In this document: piece by piece, positions 25,303-37,290 of the stretch | Position numbering within the stretch: position 1 is the stretch's first letter | Layout: each line of letters starts with the position of its first letter | Assembly: GCF_006345805.1 (NCBI RefSeq) | Contig: NC_043002.1 | Location: 84,010,001 to 84,074,000 of the forward strand | Length of the DNA stretch: 64,000 bases | Direction of reading: 5' to 3' | Source: Octopus sinensis | Taxonomy: Eukaryota | The notes under the pieces: generated by a model | Seen by the model: the letters and a program-made list of their open reading frames with translations, nothing else | Told to the model about the DNA's origin: nothing | The model's database searches: none | Program-made: the position numbers and the translations under genes

Positions 25303-27364
25303 TTCGAAAAATATTCATTTCTCTGAAAGTTATGAGAAAACAAAAGTGGTGGTGGGACACAATTGTGTAGGTATACTTTAAATTCTGAAATGCAAGTCAA
25401 TGTAACACTGAAATAACCTTCATTTATCCATAAATTTAAAAAATTGTTAATTACTAAATAACAAAAAAAAAACACGCAACTTTTAGCATGACATTATAGT
25501 TTTCTATTAGCGATATAAAGGTTTTTTGTTGTTTTACATGAGTGCAAACTTATATAATTTCCCTCTCTCTCATATAAGTTGCCAAAGAGCTTCAGCATGG
25601 TCGCTCAAGTACTAATAATAACAGCCAAATCGTCTTCAAATTACATCATACCGTTTTAGAAGAGACAGTAGGTAATATAGAGTTGCGTATATACAGTGCA
25701 TAGCGAAAACGGGGTGGATGTGGTTAGAATGCCTATGATAGGCCTGGCCGGGCACATCTCACCCGAAGCTAAACAACTGCATCTGTAGACGTAGATTCCG
25801 TTTACAGCGGCATTGAGAGCCATTTTCTGATCATTCGGGGTCGTTTTCTTTTTAGATACTTCATCAAAGGAGGAAGGGCAGCATCCATGAAACTTTTCAG
25901 GACCACGGAGACTTGTGGAATAAAATTATCCCTGACTGGATACCTGACCTGAGTGCTCGCAATAGACTAAACCCGCTAAATGCACCCAAGGAGCAGATGG
26001 TGGTGTTAGAGCAGATAAACTGATTAGATTTACTAGCCAAAACAGGAACGGATCCCTTACAAGCTTCCTCGGGACTTCCGTCTACTAAATTTAATTCACA
26101 AAGCTTTGATTAACTCCAGGATTGAACCCAACACCATTTAGTTACGAACCGAATTTCTCAACCATGCCTGCGAACAAGTTGATCGACAACCAGATGAGCA
26201 GAGGTGGGGGAAAAAAACGTTAATTTTAGAAAATATATGTTTAACAGTAAAATAACATTTATGTTCTTAAACTTTTTAGAAATATTACTTTTACTATTTT
26301 TCAGAAAACTATAAAATAAATCAAAATGTTACTTCTAAATATTTTATAGCATTTCTCACTGGTGTAAAGTTGTCTTTTGACATAAAACTATAATAAAATG
26401 AAAATACTCGAGAGCAACAATTACTGTTCTGGCTAGGCGGATATAATAATAAACAAAAGTAAAATTAATAGGTGAAAGCAGCGATAAAAAGCTATAAAAA
26501 AAGCTCACAATTTATGCATTAGGTTAAAAACTTAAATAAATATCGGATCTATTGTCTGTTTGTTCCTCTCAATAATTTCAGCTAAATTTATTTACAGGAT
26601 TATACTTGAAATGTTATGAAAAGATTAATTACGAAAATGAGGAACGAACAAATGTTAACACCGATGTTTACCCCTTTTTTTTTTAATATAAAAATGACGA
26701 AAATCAAAAATGTTTTTACGACAATAAGAATCTATGAGTATTCTAATCGCTTCAGAAAAATAATACAGTTATCAGAATTATGTAAAATACCTGGGGGAAG
26801 CGATAAAATCCCAGTTTAAAGTGTAAGCATCAACATAAACATAACAGCTTGTTAGATCGACTGCCATATTATTTCCGGTTTGTTGTATAATACCGGTGTA
26901 AGAACAAAATTTACCACTGTAAAATTTATTACCAAATCATAAATCTTTTTTTTTTTTTCCGTTTCTTTTCTTCCAGCTATATCATCTTCTATTATCCAAG
27001 ACTTCGGTAAATGTTATGATGCTTTATTAATCTCAGCTAAGTTAACTTTTCTTTTATGTAAAATCTTATGTTCTGACGACAACTGAAGTGGGAGCTGGGA
27101 CTGAGTCGCATTAGGCCGAATTAATGTTAAACGATAGTATCGGTTAAAAGTTTAGAGATGTAAATAAAAGCTGAGAGTAGATTTAGTGTTGATAATTAGT
27201 ATAGTTATTGGATTAAGATTAGATTAGAATTCTGTCACGGTTTGTTTGTGAAAGGTTATCATACGTAAAAGAAATTGGAAGTTCAATTTATAGTCACGCT
27301 TTTTATAAAAAAAAAATAATGGGGAAATAAATTTCATATACCTCAGCAGATTATCTTGTGTGGT

Positions 27365-27935
27365 TTAGCAAGGAATTTTAACCTATAGATAAACATTTCT
27401 TTGATAGCCATATAAAGAAGCTGTTTGGAAGATATTTTCATATCTTCCATAAACGTTCCATAGACTACAACTACAGTCCTAATATGAAAAGCATCATTTC
27501 ACGCAAGCTAACCAAAATGCTCACTCCAAAATACAACTATAGGAACCCAGATACGTGCTCGCTAGTCCAGGGATGCATGAGTAGATCAGTCGTTTATGAG
27601 GCTGAAGTTGCCTCTGTTTTGGCAAAAGAAAAAAAAACTTGCATTGTGCAAAAATGACTTCAAAAAGTCTTCTTTCAAGTATGGAAACAAAAGGAAAAGC
27701 ACAGAGCTAGCAAGCTATATCAGGGACCTGAAGAACTGCAGTATATTACATACCATCCAGAGGAAGACTGTAGAGATATAACAACATTAACAGACACAAA
27801 ATGCAAGCGTTGTAAAGCTGAAATAACACACGTCTTAATTAAATCAAAGAACTGCACCCGGCCTGCTAAACTCGAGATCAGAGATTTTTATAAGTTGTAT
27901 TGCATCTCAACCAAGTTTCTGAAAGCAAGATAGAA
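27365..27935 (+). mobile_element. Penelope-like element, degenerate linker and GIY-YIG fragment
   Basis: IDKHF...YSPNMKSIIS...C....C.SRSVVYEAEV...STELASYIRDLK motifs, with frameshifts. Confidence 0.75.
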
Positions 27936-28394
27936 GATATTCCTCCACCTCACCAGATTAGACTCAGTTTCATGTATTTTAGCTATAAATGTATGGGAAT
28001 ACTCATGCATTTGAACATTCCTATTAGACATAATCTTTTTATATGTAAATACTCAACATTAACAATATTCTTCATTTAACTGGCTAAGTGAACATAACCA
28101 TCGTCTTCCCTTTCCCTTAAAAAGTTTCTTAACGACTTTTTTTTCCTCATAATTTTTGTTCATCTTTTTCTTTCTTCTCCCGAAGGAGGTATCTATATCA
28201 TCTGAACCTAAACGATTGCCAGATCGTGCATGGTATGCTACACGAACTTGTCCGATTACTGCACTATCCAAACATGAACCTTGAAGTAGCTCACATATAT
28301 TTCCTATACTAATTAAATTGTATGTATATGTCCATCTATCTGTCTATCAAATAATTGTACACATATGTACTAACAAGGACTGTAATAGCCCAAA

Positions 28395-28752
28395 AACACA
28401 TAATTTCTAGGTAACTAAACACTTTTAAACTTCGTATACTGGTAGAATGTGTTTATAAAACATCTTTTTCTCTTGGCTTTATTGAGAAAATTCTATAGTT
28501 TGTAAGATATTTGGGGTTTTTTTCTTCAATTTCTGCAATTTCAACCAATCAATGACCGTCTATTGAGATGAAAACATTCTGTGCCGTATGAATATGTCCC
28601 TCATTTAAGAAACAGATTGGGTTTATTTACATTTGTGAAGAAAAAATAGATACCCTTCCCCCACCCCTAACCCTAAATCAGATTGAAATGCAATAGATCG
28701 ATACTAGGGTCGTAATTATGGGTGACAATGTCACATGACACCGAAAAGATCC
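28395..28752 (+). mobile_element. GGATC-ended MITE, truncated, with a 3' internal deletion
   Basis: Body matches the family; the right TIR is shortened. Confidence 0.75.
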
Positions 28753-28806
28753 CATATGTATCCACCATAAAAATCTCTTGATTTAGCAAATCGCTACACG
28801 CGCGCG

Positions 28807-29015
28807 CGAGGGATTGGCTGAAAAGTTCCTGGCTTTGGGTAAAAGAAAATACAGGAAGATCAGTTAATTATGATTTTATTCAACATATTCCCCTCTCAGA
28901 TTCACACAACATTCCTTCAGTTTTTCTAACCCCTGTAAAATAACTCGGAAGGTTGGGCCTCCAACCAGAACCTTCATGACACCCTTAAAAACAAGAACTT
29001 TTCAGTACCCCCTCG
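28807..29015. mobile_element. Mariner-derived MITE
   Basis: CGAGGG..TGAAAAGTTC / GAACTTTTCAGTACCCCCTCG termini; TA TSD degenerate. Confidence 0.6.
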
Positions 29016-29280
29016 TGTGTGTGTGTGTAACAAAACTCTTTATCTGAAGTACAGTTTTGTAACGCCTATTAGCAAATGAAACACGTGTGATTGTGAATAA
29101 ATAATACCAATATTTTTTTCCTCAACCCCCTGTTTTGATATGTAATAACTCGGCAAATACTATTTTCCAGCATTTTTCAACTATTATGTCTGCCTTACGC
29201 AATTACAACATCTACATACAACTTTGGAGAACCAGAATATGCAGATGTGCTTATAACCATATCTACATACTATATAAATA

Positions 29281-29307
29281 CGCACGCACACACACACACA
29301 CGCACAC

Positions 29308-29347
<40 letters not shown>
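29281..29347. repeat. (CA)n microsatellite
   Basis: Direct inspection. Confidence 0.95.
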
Positions 29348-29349
<2 letters not shown>

Positions 29350-29596
29350 TTCTTTGATGCTGTCACTGCAGATTGTATAAGCACTGACGTTGTAATATTC
29401 CTGAATTGGAAATGTGATAGTTAAAGCTGCTTACTTAACAATGGTTTTAATTATAGAAATTATTCTCACAGCCTTTTTTTCATCTGTTAGTCCGGAAAAA
29501 GATCTTTTCGGTTTGAACGGCAGTTTTTTCTAACGATGTCATATGAAATTGTCACCCATAATTATGACCCTAGTATCGATCTATTGCATTTCATTC

Positions 29597-29970
29597 TTGA
29601 CAATGGTGTTTGAAGAGCTAGGCACTTCTTGGTAATGGTGTTTCTGGAACCTGACAAGAACTTTTTTCTGACAATCGTGTTTAGGTTACTAAGCAAACAC
29701 CCATTCAAGGTAATGGTGTTTAGGAAGCTAGACAAATGTCTATTCTGTCGACGGTGTTTAGGGAACTAGGCAAACATCAGTTTTTGTCATTGATGATTAA
29801 GGAGCTAGGCGACATCCATTCAACACAGTGAGGGTTAGGGAACTAGGCGGACACCTATTCTAGACAATAGAGTTTAGGGTCATATGGTGTTGAGATAATG
29901 GAGTTTAGAGAGTTAAGCAAACACCCATTTTGCACAATGGTGTTTGAGAAAGCACGTAAACATATTCCTA
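29597..29970. repeat. Degenerate ~38-bp minisatellite, about 10 units
   Basis: Consensus approximately tgacaatggtgtttagggaactaggcaaacacccattc. Confidence 0.7.
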
Positions 29971-30644
29971 AATTAAAGACTGCGTTGAAGCTATAGGAGC
30001 TATTCATCAGTAGCATGCTTTACACCGAGATAGCAGGATAATTGCTATTGTTTAAAGTAATTAATCAAATAAGTTTATTAAATGACAAACACTTGACATG
30101 TATACGATGACAATAATTTATACGATGGCATTACACATATGAGTGTGTGCATTTGTATGAGTATGTGTGAGTATACATGTGAGCATCCACGCACACGTGC
30201 TTTAACTGTACCCCCACCTCACCTCGGATTAATATAAATTATTCTCACAGCCTTTTTTTTCATGTTAGTCCGAAAAAGGATCTTTTCAGTTTGAACGGCA
30301 GTTTTTCTAGTGGTGTCATATGAAATTGTCACCCATAATTATGACCCTAGTATCGATCTATTGCATTTCAATCTGTTTTAGGGTTAGGGTTAGAGTTAGG
30401 GGTGGGGGGAAGGGTATTTTTTTTTCTTCTAAAATGTAAATAAACCCAATCTGTTTCTTAAACGAGGGACATATTCATACGGCACAGAATGTGTTTTTTA
30501 CCTCAATAGACGTCAGTGATTGGTTGAAATTGCAGAAAAAAAAACAAACAAATATCTTACAATCTGTAGAATTTTCTCAATAAAGCCAAGAGAAAAAGAT
30601 GTTTTATAAACACATTCTACCAGTATACGAAGATTAAAAGTGTT

Positions 30645-32018
30645 GGATCTTTTCTATTCTGAAGCCAGGACCACAGATCTTTCTACTTAACTAAATAATC
30701 TGAAACTTCGTATGCTGATAGAGTCTAGCAAAACAAGACACAGGTTGGAACTAGTTTATTTGAGAAAAATCTATTTTATGACTTTAATCGTAGATTAAAA
30801 CTGCGAATTTTAACCAATCAGATTGTTTGTTTTCATGTGTAAAACTTGACTGCATTCTATTAGTGTGACGTAGAAAGCGCTTTTGTGACGTACTAACGTT
30901 CGGAAAACTGTAAACAAACACGGCAGACGAAATACGGCTACGCATTTCGCCCGGCGTGCTAACGTTTCTGCCAGCTCTTTGCTTTTTTAATATTAAATTT
31001 CGGCGAAGTTTCGCTTGTCGTAGCACAAGTTTTCCGTCGATTTCCGTAAAAAACTTTTATTTTTTTACATAAGTAATGAGAGCGAAAGAGACTAAGAGGA
31101 AGCGATTTTATGACGAGGAAGTTTGTCTTTGAAGTTACCGTCTAGGGCAGGGGTGGGCAAACTTTTTTGATCGCGGGCCGCACAGTGCGTCTTTCGAACC
31201 TTGGCGGGCCTCATTTATAAAAATCAAGTGAAAATATTGTGAATTACCGTACAGTTACGAAGTATCTGCATAGAAGTTGGGATTCATAAAAGCTCTCGGC
31301 GGGCCGCATGAAAACCTATGGCGGGCCGTAGTTTGCCCACCCCTGGTCTAGGGGAAGCATTGATGTACATGTGTGTGTGTGTGTGTGTTTGATGGGGTGT
31401 GGGAGACAGTATGTTGTGCAAGTGAAGTGCTTCTGTTAGTGTGTGTGAAGAGACAGAGAGAGTAATGTGTGAAAGAGAGAGATAACTGAAATTTTTTACT
31501 CGGTGTATGTGTATATGTATGTCTGCATGTATGTGTGTGTGTGTATGTATCTATGTATGTATGGCCAATTCATCGTAATTACGATTACGATGAATCGGCT
31601 ATACATACATACACACACACACACATACATACACACACACACATACTTACACATACATACACACACACATACATGCAGACATACAGAATGGAAACATTTT
31701 CAATTTAATACATGTGGCTTATTAACTAGTTTTAAATATTGTTATTAGAAGGTGGCTGACTTGTTTACATTTAAGATGTTAAATACGTCACGAAATTGGT
31801 GGTCGAGACGGAGTAAATAAAATAAAGCCGAATGACGGAATATCATTGGTTAAAATTCTAATTATTAAACAACGTTAAACTTAGAAGTTACAATTCCGTT
31901 TTCATTCTGGTTTACAATTAAGTTTACTTTTGACACATTCTACCAGTATACGAAGTTTCAAATTGTTTGGTCCAGTAGGAAAAATTTGAAAAAACTGGCC
32001 TCAAAATAGAAAAGATCC
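30645..32018. mobile_element. Nested long-TIR DNA element (probably Merlin-type, non-autonomous)
   Basis: Termini GGATCTTTTTCTATTCTGAAGCCAG / CTGGCCTCAAAATAGAAAAGATCC; perfect 8-bp TSD AAAGTGTT (30637-30644 and 32019-32026); diverged inverted arms of ~270 bp. Confidence 0.8.
31148..31345. mobile_element. hAT/Charlie-type MITE
   Basis: TIR CAGGGGTGGGCAAAC at both ends; perfect 8-bp TSD GTCTAGGG. Confidence 0.9.
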
Positions 32019-32447
32019 AAAGTGTTTAGTTACGTGGAAATTATGTAAAAAAACTGCCGTTCAAACCGAAAAGATCCCCGAAAAGCAGTAAACATAGCAT
32101 TTTAGAGAATGGTGGGAAGAAGAAAAGTATCTTCAAACCAGAGACCTCAACCGAATGCTTGCGTTGACACTGCTGAGAACACTCAAGGTGCCAGATGATT
32201 GTGTTAAACTAGGCGAGTCTACAAACTAAATTTGCCCGATAAAATATCTTTAACTGCTGTTACTCAATTGTTCATTTGCTTCTTTTCTGATGCTGTTACA
32301 GCTTTCAATTCTTTTAATCTTGTTCTAATTGTTTTCAAATTTGATGTACTAATGTAGTTTTTATATGCTAATTACAGGAATGAAATTCATTTTTGCAATG
32401 ATATAAATAAATAGCTTTTAAAGTTTGCAAATTTTGAGTAATTTTAG

Positions 32448-32492
32448 CCAATCGAAAGCCACAGACACATTGGTGTCTGTTTCTATAGTAAC
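32448..32492. promoter_or_regulatory. CCAAT box, 8-bp hairpin and RFX X-box-like motif
   Basis: CCAAT at 32448; acagacac-attg-gtgtctgt at 32461-32480; GTTTCTATAGTAAC at 32479-32492. Confidence 0.3.
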
Positions 32493-32671
32493 AAGCCTAG
32501 GTCTAGTCTGCTTATTTTCTAAATGCTTGTACCTCATTTTTGTCATTTTCCGGTTAATTTTTTTTTTTTTTTTGAGAAACGAACAGATGTTTTCGGTTGC
32601 TGTCGTGTCACTATCTCATTTTCATAATTTCGAACCGTGTTTTCCTGGACCTTTTCAACCTAAATAGAGGT

Positions 32672-32758
32672 ATGTCTGCAACCAACTCGTTTAGCCTTTC
32701 GAATATGTTGGAGAAATTGAAAACTGAAGAGGGTGCGGTTTCTTACTTGCAAGAGAAA
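32672..32758 (+). pseudogene. Possible Merlin/IS1595-type transposase N-terminal remnant
   Basis: MSATNSFSLSNMLEKLKTEEGAVSYLQEK resembles the E..A..YL start of ISXO2-like transposases (from recall only). Confidence 0.3.
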
Positions 32759-34994
32759 ATTATGTACAAAAAGAATTCATTGAGGAGTTTTTCCCTTTTT
32801 GTATTGTATACATGACTGTTCCAATATTTGACATGACTTTATTCATTAAAATTTCAAAACTTCATACAAGTTTATCGTCGTATTGTTATCATAGACAGCT
32901 ATCACGCATAAAATGTTAGCTTCCAAGTCGTTTTCTAATTAGGTAAAAATGATCAAGCTTTAAATCTAACATTTTACTAATTTTTTTTCCAGACACAAGT
33001 GAATAATAAAACCAGATTCGGCGTGAAAAATTACAACAACATACCAAATTTGAAAATTTTCACTAAATTTTAAAATTTCATAAACTGTGACGGCAACAGA
33101 AAAGATTTTTTAATTTTATAATAATAAAATGCTGTTACGATTATAGTTAATACAAATATTGCATTATTAATAACGCTCATATTAAAACAACCACCACGAA
33201 TGTTATTCTGATCGAAATTCATGGTTTGATACTGTAATTTTAGGATAGAGAGCTAGAGCTGACGAAGTGAACGAGTCGAAATCAGTTCTTCATATATTTA
33301 TAAACATTAAAAAGAAAACCCAGATGCGACGGTCATGTAGAGCAAAAAAATGAAGAAAAAAGAAAAGAAAAGAAAAAGAGTTTATTTCACAATATCATGT
33401 AAAGTTATTATATAACTAATATTTTTCTTTAGTCAAGCAAGTAAGATAAATGCAGCCTAATAAAGTAGCAAGGTTTTGAGTTATCTCCCTTCCTAGCTCT
33501 GCTAAAGAATTAAGTTGGCCAAAGACGTTTCTTTTTCGTAACGCATTCAACCATACTACAGTCATTTGTGATGTTAGAAACATTGGGTATAATTAAAAGA
33601 ACCCTTTTACATCCTTTAATTATGTTATTTTCAGTATTTTTGAGTCTCCTAATAGGTACATTTCAATCAGACCCAGTGTGACATTCTCACGGTCTGATTA
33701 CAGAGGTACAAGTTCTTGTTGCAGCTAATCTCACTCAGATTATGACCCAGACTTACTCTGAATAGAACATTTTGGATGATGAAAGATCAAAATCCTTTTA
33801 CATGTAGCAATATAACAAAGAGGCATATTTTGTATTGAGACAGTTGATTGATTCCTACCAAAGAAATAATGAACATAAACACAATTCAATTTTTTAATTC
33901 TTCTTCACTGCAAAAAAAAATTCTTTTGTGGAAAGAAACCAAGGATAGATTCAGTAAGACATGATGGTATGTGACCATCCACACTTTAATCTATAACTGC
34001 AACCAAGAATCTTGAGGAAGGAGCACTATTAATTACCCTGCATAATAATAAATGTGTGGAATACAAAGAATCTTGAAGAATATTTTCCCAGAAAGCCTCA
34101 GGCACAATTTTTTTGAAACAGTGAAAATTGCAGTTTTCCAAAGAATACAAATGCAGTAAGGATTGCCAAAAGAATATGGAAGTGTTGACTTGTACTTACA
34201 TCTGTACTTTCACATAATTTTGAGTCCTTGAAATATAAATGTCTTCATGGAATGATTAAATCTAGAAACTGTAAAACAACTGAAACATTCATGGATTTCA
34301 AATAGACTTCTTAGACTGTAATTTCATTTACATTAAACCAGCTTTACAGCAAAAAACCTGTTCCGTTCTGGCTCCTCTTCTCTAAGCATAAAGCTGCCTT
34401 ACATAGTTTTCCAAGCTGCGTGGTGACCGCACTAATGCTGATAGCACAAACAAAGCAGTAAAAGCATTTAGTATGCACTATAAAGTGGTTGGCAATACGC
34501 AGGGTATCCACTAAGTGAAACCATACCAAAGTAGACCGTGAAGCATAAAGCAGTCTTCAAAACCCTGGATCTTGTCAAACCATCCAACCCATGGAATATG
34601 GATGTTAAATAATGGTGATGATGATGATAATTATGCTAATGACTTAAGATAGAATGCAATTTCAACAGATTGGTGCTAATGTAGCTGTATGTTCTTTGAA
34701 GGCTAGCATTAACAGATTCAAGTATCTTCTTCACAAATGCCAAAATATGATCTGGATGGAAATATAAAGACTCAAATCTCTGACTCTCTTTTTTATCCAC
34801 ATAAAACTATATTTAAATGGCCAGAATCTCTGATTTATCAAAAAAAATGCTGTTTCAATGAAATATTAATGCAAAATTAACACACTAAATACTCTTGTAA
34901 TTAATGGTTGTTAATGAGTGCAGGTATAGCTGTGGGGTTAACAAGTTTGCTTTGCAACTGTGTGGTTCCGGATTTGGTCCCAATGAATAAGACC

Positions 34995-36343
34995 ACCACC
35001 TGGTCCTTACATGTCTTCAGCCAAGTTCACTCTATTGAAAGCATTCTGAACAAATCTATGGCTTGAAAATAACTTCTCCTAACCTCCTGCTAGTCTTATA
35101 GTATCCATAAAAAGTCAAAAACCCTAGTTTTTCCCCTTAGACTATGCCATAAAAAAATAAAATTATATATAACTGAGACATCAATAAAAGTGGTAAAATA
35201 TATTTAATTTATCTTTAATTCTTATAATATCAAATTAAAATATAATTTTATATAAATGTATGGTTACTCTTATATGTATGTAAGAGTTAACATTAGAGTT
35301 GAAAGTTAACTTTCCATTACTTCAGATGGATAAAAAGTATCCTCTTCAGTATCCCCGTTATATTTATCCTCTTCAGCACAGTTATCGTTGTTGTAATTAT
35401 CAAGTAATTTTAGGTCTAGAAGTTTAGGCTTAGGTCTCTGAAGAATATAGCACCAGGACATAAAACTATTGTTGTTGGAAATAACTGATATCTTTTCACG
35501 TTTGTAGACATCTGGATGTAGTTCAAACTCATCAAGTTGCTTGAGCATTTTCTCATCTACTTCATAGACTTCACCAGAAATAAACTGCAAAGAATACAAA
35601 AGTTATTGTAACACCACCAAGGAAAAGCAATTCTTGAAACATGTATGTTGATATTCATTGGTTAATCTCATCACAGCCCTAAGGTAAATTTTCCAGAAGT
35701 TCCAGAATACAGCAATTTTTAGACAAACACACAGAGAACAAGACTCAGTAAATTACCACTGACCAAATACCATTCATAAAACATATGTTGACTAACACAG
35801 TGCAATTTGGAGAGTGGAAACTTTGTTCTGAAGCCAGATATGTGTATGTGCATACACATGTGCATCTGTAAACTACTGTATATCAGTGTTCAGGAAATAC
35901 ATTGATGGACACTTCAATTTTCATTGTACCAATATGCATATATGTATACAAGCAAAACACAAAATCACAGCATAAGTACTTTTGGCATGACTCCTGTCAC
36001 AAACATTCTGTCAATTATGCAAATACTACTTTTATTCTTTCACAAAGTTGTCTTGTTTCACAAACTACAATCCTAGATTCCAAAATACCTTATTATTTGG
36101 ATGATTAGAGAAACACTGTTTCTAGCATGGGTGCAAGGCAAGAAATTTCAGGAAGGGGTTTGATTACATCAACCTCATTTCTTGACTGGTACTTTAATTT
36201 TATTGGTCCTGCAAAGATGTAATGCAAAATTGACCTTAACAGTATTTGAACTCGAATCATAAGAAGTGTGAACTGAATACTGCAAAACATTTTATCCAAC
36301 ACATTTTCAATTCTGCAAGTCTTTGCATGCTTAGAGACATAAG
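34995..36343. repeat. Tandem segmental duplication, copy B (GGACT last exon, 3' UTR and upstream intron)
   Basis: Aligns to 41794-43162, from ACCACCTGGTCCTTACATG to GCTTAGAGA. Confidence 0.92.
35306..35584 (-). CDS. GGACT: GGACT terminal coding exon, distal duplicate (2B): probable alternative last exon, or orphan exon
   Basis: Acceptor ttctttgcag|, phase 0, same length (279 nt), no stop or frameshift: FISGEVYEVDEKMLKQLDEFELHP... The putative catalytic Glu is retained. No exon-1 copy was seen between 36.3 and 41.8 kb. Confidence 0.8.
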   Translation of the reverse strand, partial: FISGEVYEVDEKMLKQLDEFELHPDVYKREKISVISNNNSFMSWCYILQRPKPKLLDLKLLDNYNNDNCAEEDKYNGDTEEDTFYPSEVMES

Positions 36344-36364
36344 TCTTTCTGCTACAAGCTCATT

Positions 36365-36866
36365 TTACAAGCTGTTCGCAAAGATGATTGCTGAATGGTT
36401 ATCTCTACAACTGGTTTAACAGCAGCTAAGAGAACAGGCAGGGTTCAGAAAGAAGTACAGCACTATAGATCATATTTTTACTCTAATGCAGTTGCTGGAA
36501 TGAGCAAGAGAGTACCAGTTGTCTCTATGCATTGTGTTCATTGATTATGAGAAAGCCTTTGACAACATCAAAATCAACACAGTACTGCAAAGCTCTCAGT
36601 AAACATGATGTGATGATGCAGAACGTCATCCTCCTTAGGGAAGCAAATACTGGGTGCCTAATGTTTGTGACCTGTTATCCTCAGTAGTGAATGTTCTGGT
36701 GAAGAAGGGTGTCAAGCAAGGAGACACCATCTCTCCTACGCTTTTCATGCCATGTCTCAAAATGGTCATTTGAGACATGAAATGTAATGGAAGCATAAGG
36801 ATAAATGGAGAGCTGCTCACCCATCTAAGATTTTCTGATGACATAGCGCTGATAGCATCACCCAAG
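36365..36866 (+). mobile_element. Degenerate RTE-clade RT fragment
   Basis: EQAGFRK..STIDHIFTL..FIDYEKAFD..GVKQGDTISP.LF..LRFSDDI motifs, with stops. Confidence 0.85.
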
Positions 36867-37290
36867 CATGATCATTGCCAGGGACACTGACTGGCCCCCA
36901 TGCTGGTGGCATGTAAAAAGCACCATTCAACCGTGATCATTACCAGCATCACCTTATTGGCACTTGTGCTGGTGGTATGTGAAAAACAACATTCAAGCGA
37001 GGGCATTGCCAGTGCTGCTGGACTGGCTCCTGTGCAGGTTACACATAAAAACACCATTTGAGTATGGTCACTGCCAGTACCGCCTGACTGGCCCTCATGC
37101 TGGTGGCATGTAAAAACACTCACTACACTCTCAGAGTGGTTGGCATTAGGAAGGGCATCCAGCTGTAGAAACTCTGCCAGATCAGATTGGAGCCTGGTGC
37201 AGCCATCTGGCTTACCAGTCCCCAGTCAAACCGTCCAACCCATGCCAGCATGAAAAGCGGACGTTAAATGATGATGATGATGATGATGAT
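36867..37290 (+). mobile_element. RTE-LINE 3' UTR fragment with (GAT)n tail
   Basis: Family 3' end; similar copies at 37810-38330 and 18228-18458. Confidence 0.75.

Larger units (their letters stand above)
30278..32077 (-). mobile_element. GGATC-ended MITE split by a nested element
   Basis: Left part 30278-30644, right part 32019-32077; 8-bp TSD ccgaaaaa/ccgaaaag. Confidence 0.8.

Noticed and set aside
28059-28271. 70-aa minus-strand ORF / possible small plus-strand exon
   Set aside because: Largely a translation of a T-rich tract, non-ATG start, weak acceptor and no homology recognised.
33757-33854. Possible 98-nt minus-strand exon (tttggtag| ... |gtaagt)
   Set aside because: Splice signals alone; it could be a UTR exon but nothing links it to a gene.
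35902-36108. Near-identical 68-aa plus-strand ORFs here and at 42729-42935
   Set aside because: No splice context or coding signature; explained by the high identity of the duplicated intron.
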